Notes under the pieces: model-generated | What the model saw: the letters and a program-made list of their open reading frames with translations, nothing else | The model's database searches: none | What the model was told of the DNA's origin: nothing | Shown here: positions 25,721 to 33,541 of the stretch, piece after piece | Position numbering within the stretch: the stretch's first letter is position 1 | Layout: every line of letters begins with the position of its first letter | Translations under genes and position numbers: made by a program | Assembly: GCA_030039135.1 (NCBI GenBank) | Contig: JASHQN010000098.1 | Coordinates: 1-60,834 of the forward strand | Source of the DNA: Thermoplasmata archaeon | GTDB taxonomy: Archaea > Thermoplasmatota > Thermoplasmata > Lutacidiplasmatales > UBA184 | Direction of reading: 5' to 3' | Length of the DNA stretch: 60,834 bases

Positions 25721-25853
25721 TTTCAATTTAGACTATATCCGCTTCCATAGATATAATGTGGGCGAGACGCCCCCCCGCCACTCGTCCCTCGAGGCGACGG
25801 CGGCCAATGAACGGCCGGGTCGCGGGGATCGAGCGCGCGTCCTACCTTCGCGA

Positions 25854-25926
25854 TGGGCCGGGGCGGAATCGAACCGCCGATCTCCGCGTTGTAAGCGCGG
25901 CGTCATCACCCCTAGACCACCGGCCC
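25854..25926 (-). tRNA. tRNA-Val (anticodon TAC)
   Basis: The minus-strand sequence folds as a cloverleaf: GGGCCGG TG GTCTAGGGGTGATGAC G CCGCG CTTACAA CGCGG AGATC GGCGG TTCGATT CCGCC CCGGCCC A. CCA is not encoded. Hand-folded; ends are accurate to +/-1 nt. Confidence 0.9.
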
Positions 25927-27777
25927 CTCGCCCGAAGCAGGCGCCTTCTCGGACATGGGCATGTCGGTCGGAGCGCGGGCCCGGTGCCGCACGCGGACCG
26001 CGAGGCCGTGACGAAGCTCGGTCATCAGCGGTCCGGGGAGCGCGGCCTCCCCGACGCCCGCGAGGCCGCCGTTCTGCAGCAGGACGACGCTGTCGCCCGA
26101 ACGGATCTCTCGATCGGCGGCGCGCACTCCGGGCGTGAACAGATCACCAGCCAGGGAGATCGTCGGATCGACCTCGACCGCGAGTGGGGGGAGGGGAAGG
26201 AGGCGCCGGGCCCCGGTGATCGTCAGGTGCAGAAGGCCTCGCTCTTCACGGACCGTGGCGAGGTCGTTACGCCCGTCCGTAAGGCGTTGGAACCAGGGCC
26301 GCCCCGCGAGCCGCACGGGGGCCGTGAGCAGGCGCCCGGCGGCGGGTCGGCCGAACTGGAAGCTCGCGAGCTCGCCCAGCTCCTCGCGCACGACGGCGAG
26401 CGGACCGCCGGGGACGGACGGCTCGGTCGCGAGAGCTTCGCCGACCGCCTCGCGAAGCGCCGCGAGGGCCCCTGCGGCAGTGGTCCGATCGTCGACGAGG
26501 GTCCACCGGACCCGCAGAGGGCCGGCGAGGGCCGCCCGGACGAACGCGTACTCCTGAGGATCGAGGTGGACCACGACCGAGCGGTAGCGACCGTACGTGA
26601 GCAGGTGCCGGATCCCCTCCAGCACGGCCTCGCGCTCGGGCTCGGTCCACTCCCCGGTCACGGGGATGTCGTAGTGCCGGGCCGGCGGTACGTCTTCGAG
26701 CTCGCGGGGGACGACGCCGATCGGCGAGCTGACCGAGACGAGGTGGAGCCGTTCGAGCCCGCGCAACCCGTCGAGGGCGTGCGCGAAGCGACGGTGAGAG
26801 CGCGAGGCACGGTAGGGCTTCGTCTTCGAGCAGGGGACGAGCAGGAGGACCGCCTTCGATGGCGGCGGCCGGTACCGCTCCCGCAGTCTTCCGCGGAACC
26901 GGACCATCTCGGGACGACGGTGAGCTTCCGCGATCGAGTAGTTGCGCACACCCTCGGCGGTTACGGGAGCCCGTTCTTCGAGCGCGGCGGCGAGGTCCCG
27001 GTCGGCGTAGCGGAGCATCTCCGCGAGCGCCGATTCGGCGGGGAGCCGCGACTCGACGAGCTCGCGCAGGCGACCGGCCCGCGCCGCGGCCCGGACTTCC
27101 GAAAGTGCACGACGGTACGCCGACCGGGTGTGGTCTTCGAGGCGGCCTGGCGGAAGGCTTCGGCAGGCGGGGCACTCGCAGAGCCGCTCCTCGCGAGCGA
27201 CCGTAGGATCCATCCGACCTAGGGCCGGATCGAGGAACCGGCCCCCGGAGGCCTCGAGGAGCCCTTCGGTGGCGTCGACGAGGTCGATCCCGAGGTACGC
27301 GAGGAAGGCCAGGCGATGAGGAAGGGCAACGCGAGGCGCCCAGAGGAGCGGAGCCGCTCCGTACACGGCCCGCGCCTCGCCGACCGCGCGCACGAACGGT
27401 TCCCCTGCGTCCCAGAGCGCGCGAGCGTTCCCGAGGACGACCAGCTCCGGACGATCGGAGAAGGGGATCGGCGACGGCGGCGTCGCGAGCGGAGCGTGGA
27501 CCAGGACCGTTCCGGGGCCCGCCGGGACTCCGGCGTCCGGGGCTCCCAGAATCTCCGGTGCAAGGATCGGCACCGCGAGCTCGAGCCGGCCCGTCCCGTC
27601 GGAGATCGTTATGCCTCGCGTTCCGGACGGGGCCGGTCGGCTCTCGATCGTTAGCTCGGGGGAGGCCGACCCCGGCCCGAGCGGCTCGATGAGTCCCGGC
27701 GTGCGGACGGTCAGCGGGCCGACGCTCGCTCGCCCGAGGAGCGCCAGCCCGTCCCAGCAGTCGACGGTTCTCCCCAC
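25912..27777 (-). CDS. Archaeosine synthase ArcS-like protein (TGT-like N-domain, DUF5591-type middle domain, C-terminal PUA)
   Basis: VLLLVPCSKTKPY...LHLVSVSSPIGVVPRELE...YDIPVTG (DUF5591-like), a CECPAC zinc site, and a PUA-like C-terminus (IRSGDSVVLLQNGGLAGVGEAALPG). The start is uncertain (GTG 27777 preferred; GTG 27879 is possible). The stop TAG lies inside tRNA-Val. Confidence 0.8.
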   Translation of the reverse strand: MGRTVDCWDGLALLGRASVGPLTVRTPGLIEPLGPGSASPELTIESRPAPSGTRGITISDGTGRLELAVPILAPEILGAPDAGVPAGPGTVLVHAPLATPPSPIPFSDRPELVVLGNARALWDAGEPFVRAVGEARAVYGAAPLLWAPRVALPHRLAFLAYLGIDLVDATEGLLEASGGRFLDPALGRMDPTVAREERLCECPACRSLPPGRLEDHTRSAYRRALSEVRAAARAGRLRELVESRLPAESALAEMLRYADRDLAAALEERAPVTAEGVRNYSIAEAHRRPEMVRFRGRLRERYRPPPSKAVLLLVPCSKTKPYRASRSHRRFAHALDGLRGLERLHLVSVSSPIGVVPRELEDVPPARHYDIPVTGEWTEPEREAVLEGIRHLLTYGRYRSVVVHLDPQEYAFVRAALAGPLRVRWTLVDDRTTAAGALAALREAVGEALATEPSVPGGPLAVVREELGELASFQFGRPAAGRLLTAPVRLAGRPWFQRLTDGRNDLATVREERGLLHLTITGARRLLPLPPLAVEVDPTISLAGDLFTPGVRAADREIRSGDSVVLLQNGGLAGVGEAALPGPLMTELRHGLAVRVRHRARAPTDMPMSEKAPASGEGPVV

Positions 27778-27803
27778 GGTCGTCGGGTGCGCCTCGCCGC
27801 GGC

Positions 27804-28157
27804 TCAGTCCGTGGGCGTCGATCGCGCCCCCTTGCGTCGCGCCCGGGGCGATGGCGACGGAGGGAAGAACGCCTCCCACGTCCGCACGAGCGCCTCGCGC
27901 CGCTCCGCCCCGGCCTCGGAACGGCCCCGTCGTCCGATCAGGGGATCGTGGGTCTCTCGGACCTGTCGAAAGAACTCGGCCGGGTTCTCGCTCGCCTTCT
28001 CGAAGCCATAGAGGATGAGCTGCCGCAAAAAGCTCGATCGACCGCGCCAGCCGATCCGACGGCGGACGGCGGGATTGAGGTGACGCTTCGCGAGCCGCCA
28101 GACCTCGTTCGTCGTATGGTGGTCGCGGGCGGACAGGCCGATCATCACTTGCGGCAT
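27804..28157 (-). CDS. Hypothetical protein (117 aa)
   Basis: ATG 28157 lies about 34 nt downstream of the minus-sense box GGATTAAAG. Third positions are G/C-rich. I recognise no motif. Confidence 0.5.
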   Translation of the reverse strand: MPQVMIGLSARDHHTTNEVWRLAKRHLNPAVRRRIGWRGRSSFLRQLILYGFEKASENPAEFFRQVRETHDPLIGRRGRSEAGAERREALVRTWEAFFPPSPSPRARRKGARSTPTD

Positions 28158-28186
28158 CTCGATCCCGCGACGTACGAAGTCGGTCG

Positions 28187-28195
28187 CTTTAATCC
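28187..28195 (-). promoter_or_regulatory. TATA-like box upstream of 27804..28157 (minus sense GGATTAAAG)
   Basis: Centred about 34 nt upstream of ATG 28157. Confidence 0.4.
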
Positions 28196-28221
28196 GTCGC
28201 CTCGGCGAAGGCCCGCGCGGG

Positions 28222-29115
28222 TCACGGGAGCACGAACGCCGGTCCGTACGGGACGAAGACGGCCACGAGGACTCCCACGAGATAGATCGCGCCGAGCGCG
28301 AAATGGCGTTGGAAGGGCACGCGCGCTGCGGTCGGCGCCCGAAGGATCGCACGGTCGGTGAGGGCCGCGAGGACGGCCATCGCCGCGAGCGCCACCCAGT
28401 ACGCTACCGTGAGCCCGAGGGCGGCGCCGAAGAGGGCGAGGAGGACGAGCGCGATCCCGTGCAGCACGGGAACGAGCCGCGCCGAGCGCTCAGCGCCCAA
28501 CCGAACCGGCAGCGAGAACAGGCCGAGCTCTCGATCGCTCGCGAGATCCCCGAGGCTGTGGACAGTCTCGAACGCGGTGCCCCAGGCCAGAAGACCGCCC
28601 ACGGCGAGGAGCACGACCGGCGGGAGGGATCCCCGCACCGCGATGTACACCGCCGCGGGAGTGATCGCTTCGACCAGGCCAAGGAAGGCGGTCGTGAACG
28701 AGGTGACGCGCTTCGTGTAGCTGTAGCCGAGGACGAGCCCAAGCGCGACGGGCGCGAGCACGAAGGCGAGAGGGTTCAGGAAGTACGCCGCCGTCACGAA
28801 GATCGCCGCGTTGGCGACGGCGAACGTGACCGCGAACGCTCCCGACGATCGACCCGCGGCGAGCAGCCGGTCGCGCGTACGAGGGTTGCGCCGATCGAGC
28901 TCTCGATCGACCCAGCGGTTGAAGCTGTGGCCGGCGTTCCGCGCAGCCACGAACGCGATGACGACCAGAACGAGCGTGCGCAGGGACGGTACGCCGCTCG
29001 CGGCGAGGACGAGGAACGCGATCGCGAACGGCAGGTTGAGGCCGAGGTTCTGGATCTCGAGGAAACGGCCGAGCTCGGAGGCGGCCGGGCGGGTCGACGG
29101 CGTGACGTCGCTCAC
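28222..29115 (-). CDS. ubiA: UbiA-family aromatic prenyltransferase
   Basis: NAGHSFNRWVDRELDRRNPRT (NxxxDxxxD motif) and about 8-9 hydrophobic segments. The GTG start overlaps the ubiD stop (GTGA). Confidence 0.9.
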   Translation of the reverse strand: MSDVTPSTRPAASELGRFLEIQNLGLNLPFAIAFLVLAASGVPSLRTLVLVVIAFVAARNAGHSFNRWVDRELDRRNPRTRDRLLAAGRSSGAFAVTFAVANAAIFVTAAYFLNPLAFVLAPVALGLVLGYSYTKRVTSFTTAFLGLVEAITPAAVYIAVRGSLPPVVLLAVGGLLAWGTAFETVHSLGDLASDRELGLFSLPVRLGAERSARLVPVLHGIALVLLALFGAALGLTVAYWVALAAMAVLAALTDRAILRAPTAARVPFQRHFALGAIYLVGVLVAVFVPYGPAFVLP

Positions 29116-30593
29116 CGCGCGGCCCGGCCGAAGAGCCGGGCGAGCGCCGGGTCGTCCCGGATCGTCTGCTCAGCCCGGCGCGCCGCCTCCGGGTCGGATC
29201 GGATCTCTTCCGGCCAGGGTCGGGGAAAGCCGTCCTCCGGTCGCTTCCGCGTGGCGTCGATCCCGACCTTTCCGCCCAGGTTCGGCACAGGGTTCGAGAT
29301 CGACAGTTGGTCGACCGGTCCCTCCACGAGCTCGAGGTCACGGGCAGGATCGGCTTGGAGGCCGACCCGATACAGGACCTCGGACAGATCGTGGACGTTC
29401 ACGTCCTCGTCGACGACGATCAGGTACCGGACGAACATCAGCTGGCCGAGGCCCCAGAGCGCGTGCATCACCTTGCGCGGCTGGTCCGGGTACGACTTGC
29501 GGATCGCGACGATCCCGACGTTGATGAAGAGCCCTGGGATCGGCAGCTCCATGTCGACGATCTCGGGGAGCACGAGCCGGACGACGGGGAGGAAGATCCG
29601 CTCGACGGCCTTGCCGAGGATCGCATCCTCGGTCGGCGGCTTCCCCGTCACCGTCGTGAGGTAGACGGGGCGCTCGCGATGCGTCACCCGCGTCACGTGG
29701 AAGACCGGGAACGGCTCGGGCGCGGAGTAGTACCCGGTGTGGTCACCGAACGGCCCCTCGATTCGTCGCTCCTGCGGGTCGACGTATCCCTCGAGGACGA
29801 TCTCGGCGTGGGCCGGAACCTCGAGCGGGATCGACCGGGCGGGGACCAGCTCGAGAGGCTCCTCCCGCAGGAAGCTTGCGAAGACGAAGTTCGAGATTCC
29901 CTCCGGCACCGGAGCAAGGCCGCTGAAGACCGTGACCGGGTCGGCGCCGATGACCGCGGCGACCGGCATCCGCTCTCCGCGGGACGCCCACTTCCGGTAG
30001 TTGTTCGCCCCGACCCGATGGATCTGGAAGTGCATCCCGAGCGTGTCGGGTCCATACTGCTGCAGGCGGTAGATGCCGGTATGCGCTTCGCCGGTGTCGG
30101 GGTCCGACGTGATCACGACCGGGAAGGTGATCGTCCGGCCCCCGTCCTTCGGCCAGCATTTCAGGATCGGCAGGCGGTCGAGGTCGACCGTTGGCTCCTC
30201 GACCTCCTGGCACGGGCCCGAGCGGACCCGTTTCGGGGCGAGCGACCGCAACGTGGACAGCGTCTCGATTGTCCCCGAGAGGTCCCGGATCGCGCCGAGC
30301 ACCCCCGCGGGGGGTCGAAGGTGGACGAGCCGGCCGATCCGCTCCGCGACCGCGTCCAGGCTCGACGCGTCCAGCGCTTTCGCGACCCGTCGCGGCGAGC
30401 CGAGGAGGTTCGTCACGACCGGCATGGAGGCCCCGCGGACCGAGTCGAACCGGAGCGCGGGTCCGTCCGCGCGGAGCACCCGCTGCGTGATCTCGGTAAT
30501 CTCGAGATCGGGATCGACCGGTCGAGCGACCCGCACGAGGTCGCCGTCGGACTCGAGGCGGTCCAGAAACTCCCCGAGGTCCCGGAACGTCAC
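29112..30593 (-). CDS. ubiD: UbiD-family (prFMN-dependent) decarboxylase
   Basis: The family pattern runs throughout (FRDLGEFLDRLE...DGDLVRV, GPALRFDSV, GIYRLQ, GANNYRKW, GPFGDHTGYY). I prefer GTG 30593 because the box TTAAATAA (minus sense) lies about 27 nt upstream. The track start at 30665 is possible. Confidence 0.9.
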   Translation of the reverse strand: MTFRDLGEFLDRLESDGDLVRVARPVDPDLEITEITQRVLRADGPALRFDSVRGASMPVVTNLLGSPRRVAKALDASSLDAVAERIGRLVHLRPPAGVLGAIRDLSGTIETLSTLRSLAPKRVRSGPCQEVEEPTVDLDRLPILKCWPKDGGRTITFPVVITSDPDTGEAHTGIYRLQQYGPDTLGMHFQIHRVGANNYRKWASRGERMPVAAVIGADPVTVFSGLAPVPEGISNFVFASFLREEPLELVPARSIPLEVPAHAEIVLEGYVDPQERRIEGPFGDHTGYYSAPEPFPVFHVTRVTHRERPVYLTTVTGKPPTEDAILGKAVERIFLPVVRLVLPEIVDMELPIPGLFINVGIVAIRKSYPDQPRKVMHALWGLGQLMFVRYLIVVDEDVNVHDLSEVLYRVGLQADPARDLELVEGPVDQLSISNPVPNLGGKVGIDATRKRPEDGFPRPWPEEIRSDPEAARRAEQTIRDDPALARLFGRAAR

Positions 30594-30615
30594 GGCGGCG
30601 GCCGAGTCTCCCGCC

Positions 30616-30623
30616 TTATTTAA
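30616..30623. promoter_or_regulatory. AT-rich box TTATTTAA in the ubiD / Bat-regulator divergent intergenic region
   Basis: About 27 nt upstream of the ubiD GTG 30593 and about 60 nt upstream of ATG 30680. Confidence 0.45.
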
Positions 30624-30679
30624 CGGACGGAGACACCGGGCAGTGGGTTCATATCGGAACCCCACCTCGAGGAGGCTGG

Positions 30680-31414
30680 ATGCAGTCGCTCACGCTCGAG
30701 TTCCGGACCGACGACCTGGTCCTCCTGGGAATCATTCCCCACGGGTTGTTCGAGAAGTACGAAGAGGTCGAGTTGCTGGAAACCCTGCGCCTCGAGCAGG
30801 GGTGGCGGCTCCAGCTCCTGCGCGTCCGGCGGCGCGGTCCGCTGCGCACCGCGAGCGAGCTCGAGCGAGAGTCGCGGCGGATCCGCGCGCACTACGGTCT
30901 CGAAAGCTTCGAGCTGATCGAACGCCGACCCCGCACCCGGGACTACATTCTCCTCGTCCGGCAGCGCAACCCCGAGCGATTGCGCCGCCTCCTGTCGCTC
31001 GCCGGCGGAGAGATCGCCCCGACCGCCCCCTTCCGACTGAGTGCCGAGAAGGTCGTGGCGACGTTCCGGGGCGAGGAGCGCGCGCTGAGACGCGTGCTGC
31101 GTCGGCTGGACCAGGAGCAGTTCCCCTACCGCATCCTGCGGGCGTCCGGCCGCCCGTTCGCAGCGGACCGGGGCTCCGCGAGCCTGACGACGCTGCAGTC
31201 CCAATTGCTCGCCCGCGCCTGGGTGCTCGGGTACTACGCCGTGCCGCGTCGGATCACGCTGACACGTCTCGCCCGCCTCACCGGCCGCAGTCCTCCTGGC
31301 CTCGGCAAGGTCCTCCGACGGGCGGAGGGTCGCCTCGTCGCGCAGTGGCTCGCGGCGGAGGCCGCCGGGACCGATGGGGCCGAGGGGTGGGGGCCCGCGG
31401 GCCGAGAATCGTAA
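30680..31414 (+). CDS. Bat-type (HTH_10) transcriptional regulator
   Basis: C-terminal LTTLQSQLLARAWVLGYYAVPRRITLTRLARLTGRSPPGLGKVLRRAEGRLV matches the bacterio-opsin-activator HTH pattern. Confidence 0.75.
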   Translation: MQSLTLEFRTDDLVLLGIIPHGLFEKYEEVELLETLRLEQGWRLQLLRVRRRGPLRTASELERESRRIRAHYGLESFELIERRPRTRDYILLVRQRNPERLRRLLSLAGGEIAPTAPFRLSAEKVVATFRGEERALRRVLRRLDQEQFPYRILRASGRPFAADRGSASLTTLQSQLLARAWVLGYYAVPRRITLTRLARLTGRSPPGLGKVLRRAEGRLVAQWLAAEAAGTDGAEGWGPAGRES

Positions 31415-31438
31415 TGAGCGGGACGGACTCCCGCGGTC

Positions 31439-31882
31439 GTGAGCCGGCCGGCGCGCGCGGTCGTGGTCGAGCGCGTACGGGACGCCCCGTCGGTCCCGAC
31501 CTTGGCCCGCGCGACCCGGGGCTCGGCTTGCTTCGACCTCGCCGCGGCCGAAACGGTGGATCTCGTACGGGACCGCATCACGCTCGTCCGGACCGGTCTC
31601 CGGATCCGGTGTCCACCGGGCACCTTCCTTGAGGTGCGTCCGAGGAGCGGTCTCGGCGCCCGCGGGGTCCTCATGGTCAATGCCCCCGGCACGATCGACC
31701 GTGACTACTCCGGCGAGGTGAAGGTACCGCTAACGTACCTCTTCGATGGGAGCTACCGCATCGCGATCGGCGACCGGATCGGCCAGGTGCGGCTCGTGAT
31801 CGACGTCCCGGTGCGATTCCGCCGGGGTTCCGTGCGTCCGACGACGAGCCGCCGCGGAGGCTTCGGGAGCACCGGCCGCTAG
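31439..31882 (+). CDS. dut: dUTP diphosphatase (trimeric dUTPase)
   Basis: Motifs ACFDL, RPRSGLG, GTIDRDYSGE, GDRIGQ and RGGFGSTG. Confidence 0.9.
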   Translation: MSRPARAVVVERVRDAPSVPTLARATRGSACFDLAAAETVDLVRDRITLVRTGLRIRCPPGTFLEVRPRSGLGARGVLMVNAPGTIDRDYSGEVKVPLTYLFDGSYRIAIGDRIGQVRLVIDVPVRFRRGSVRPTTSRRGGFGSTGR

Positions 31883-33480
31883 GCGGGGCCGTAGAGCGTC
31901 TTCTGCACGGTACGGGGTTTCGGCAGCGGAACGCCCTGCCCCCCTTCGGCCTCCGATTGGACCTTCTCGAGCATGTCGTGCATCCGCCGTTCGCGGGAGG
32001 AGGCCGCACGATGGAGCCCGACGTCCCGGGTCCCCTCAGCGACGAGGACGACCACCCGGCCGGTCCGCACTCGCCCGGTCCGGCCACGCCGCTGGATCGT
32101 CCGGATCACATCCGGGATCGGCTCGTAGAACACCACGAGATCGGTCTCGGGGATGTCGAGCCCTTCCTCGGCGACCGACGTCGCGACGAGGCAGTTGACG
32201 CGGCCCTCACGGAAGGCGTCGAGAAGCGCGACCTGCTCCCGCTGAGAGAGCCCCGTGTCGTCGCCGTGCGTCGCCTGCCCCACGAACCGGGCGGGCCGGA
32301 CCGCGGGGTCGTGGCGGTTGGAGAGTTCGGTGACCAGCCGATCGACGGTGTCGCGGTACTGCCCGAAGACGATCACACGCGCGTTCGGCGAACGGTGCAG
32401 TTCCTCCGCTACGAGCCCGACGGCGGTCGCGATCTTCGGGTGCTCGAGGGTGACCGTCTCGAGGCGTCGGGTGACCTCGACCACGTCCGGGTCCGAGAGG
32501 AACTGGCGCAGCGCGGGGGTCGCCCGTCGTGCGGCCGCCGCGCGTTGCCGGCCGAGATACTCGCGCAGGGAATCGACCCCCTGGCTCTCGATCAGCTCGA
32601 GCGCATGGAAGATCTTCATCGCTACCGCCTGGGCGGTGACGGCTCTCCAGAGCTCGGGGGCGGAGGCCCCACTCGATCGCGTGTCGTCGATCGCGCGGTG
32701 CAGCCGGTGACCGACCTCCACGAGAGTACGGCGTCCCACGTCTCCGGCCGGGACCACTCCGAGCTGCCGCAGCGCCTCGACCGGTCGCTGCGCCGCGGCC
32801 CGCAGGCGGATCGCGAGGTCGCGCACCGGGGGTGGCACCGGCACCTCGAGCGTCTCCACGCCGATCCCATGGACGTAGGGGAGGACGTCGGCGGATCGAT
32901 CCGTCCGGTACTCGAACCGCTCGATCCCGAGATGGTTCCAGACCTCCCGGATGCGAGCGAGCGATCCTCCGGGCGACGCGGTCATCGCGAGGACCCGCGC
33001 GCGGGGCCCCTCTCGGTTCGCCCGCCCGATCGTGACGTAGGGATAATCGCCGACGGCACGGTGGGCCTCGTCGAAGATGATGAGGGAGAACGTGTCGAGC
33101 GGGAAGGCACCCGACGCAAGATCGTTGGCCACGACCTGAGGGGTCGCGACCACGACTTGGGGAGGATGCATGAGCTCGGCCCGACGCTCCGGAGCGATGG
33201 CTCCCGTGAGCACGAGCGGCTCGGGAGCGAACAGCGATGCCGCGACGCTGCGAGCGTGCTGGACGACGAGCGGTCGGGTCGGGGCGAGGAAGAGCATCGA
33301 GCGGGTGGGGGTGCGCAGGAGGTACTCCGCGAGCACGCGCAGAGCGATCGCCGTCTTGCCGAGACCCGTGGGGAGGACGACGAGCGTGTTGAACCGTACC
33401 GCCGTTTCGGCGATCCGCTCCTGGTAGAGCCGATCCTCGAGGACCCCCGGCCGGACCCTCGGATGCTCGACGGTCCCCAT
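31879..33480 (-). CDS. Hef/FANCM-like SF2 helicase (helicase domains only)
   Basis: LYQERIA, VLPTGLGKT, IIFDEAHRA, MTASPG, ATSVAEEGLDIPE and QRRGRTGR. No ERCC4 nuclease or HhH domain follows. Confidence 0.88.
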   Translation of the reverse strand: MGTVEHPRVRPGVLEDRLYQERIAETAVRFNTLVVLPTGLGKTAIALRVLAEYLLRTPTRSMLFLAPTRPLVVQHARSVAASLFAPEPLVLTGAIAPERRAELMHPPQVVVATPQVVANDLASGAFPLDTFSLIIFDEAHRAVGDYPYVTIGRANREGPRARVLAMTASPGGSLARIREVWNHLGIERFEYRTDRSADVLPYVHGIGVETLEVPVPPPVRDLAIRLRAAAQRPVEALRQLGVVPAGDVGRRTLVEVGHRLHRAIDDTRSSGASAPELWRAVTAQAVAMKIFHALELIESQGVDSLREYLGRQRAAAARRATPALRQFLSDPDVVEVTRRLETVTLEHPKIATAVGLVAEELHRSPNARVIVFGQYRDTVDRLVTELSNRHDPAVRPARFVGQATHGDDTGLSQREQVALLDAFREGRVNCLVATSVAEEGLDIPETDLVVFYEPIPDVIRTIQRRGRTGRVRTGRVVVLVAEGTRDVGLHRAASSRERRMHDMLEKVQSEAEGGQGVPLPKPRTVQKTLYGPA

Positions 33481-33512
33481 CGGCCGCTCTCCGCGGTCGG
33501 GAGCGGATGCGG

Positions 33513-33521
33513 CTTAATTAG
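33513..33521. promoter_or_regulatory. Palindromic TATA-like box CTTAATTAG shared by the divergent Hef-like helicase and GT2 genes
   Basis: This is the only AT-rich element in the 61-nt intergenic region. It lies 33-41 nt from ATG 33480 (minus) and 21-29 nt from ATG 33542 (plus). Confidence 0.5.
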
Positions 33522-33541
33522 CGGCAGGCTACGCGCCGCCG

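Noticed and set aside
25756-27222. 488-aa plus-strand ORF starting in the AT-rich island
   Set aside because: It is antisense to the ArcS-like gene and runs through tRNA-Val. No motifs are present and the composition is low complexity.
28303-31632. Long plus-strand ORFs 28303..29664, 29307..30623 and 30073..31632
   Set aside because: They are antisense to ubiA/ubiD or out of frame with the Bat-type regulator and dut. No recognisable domains are present.
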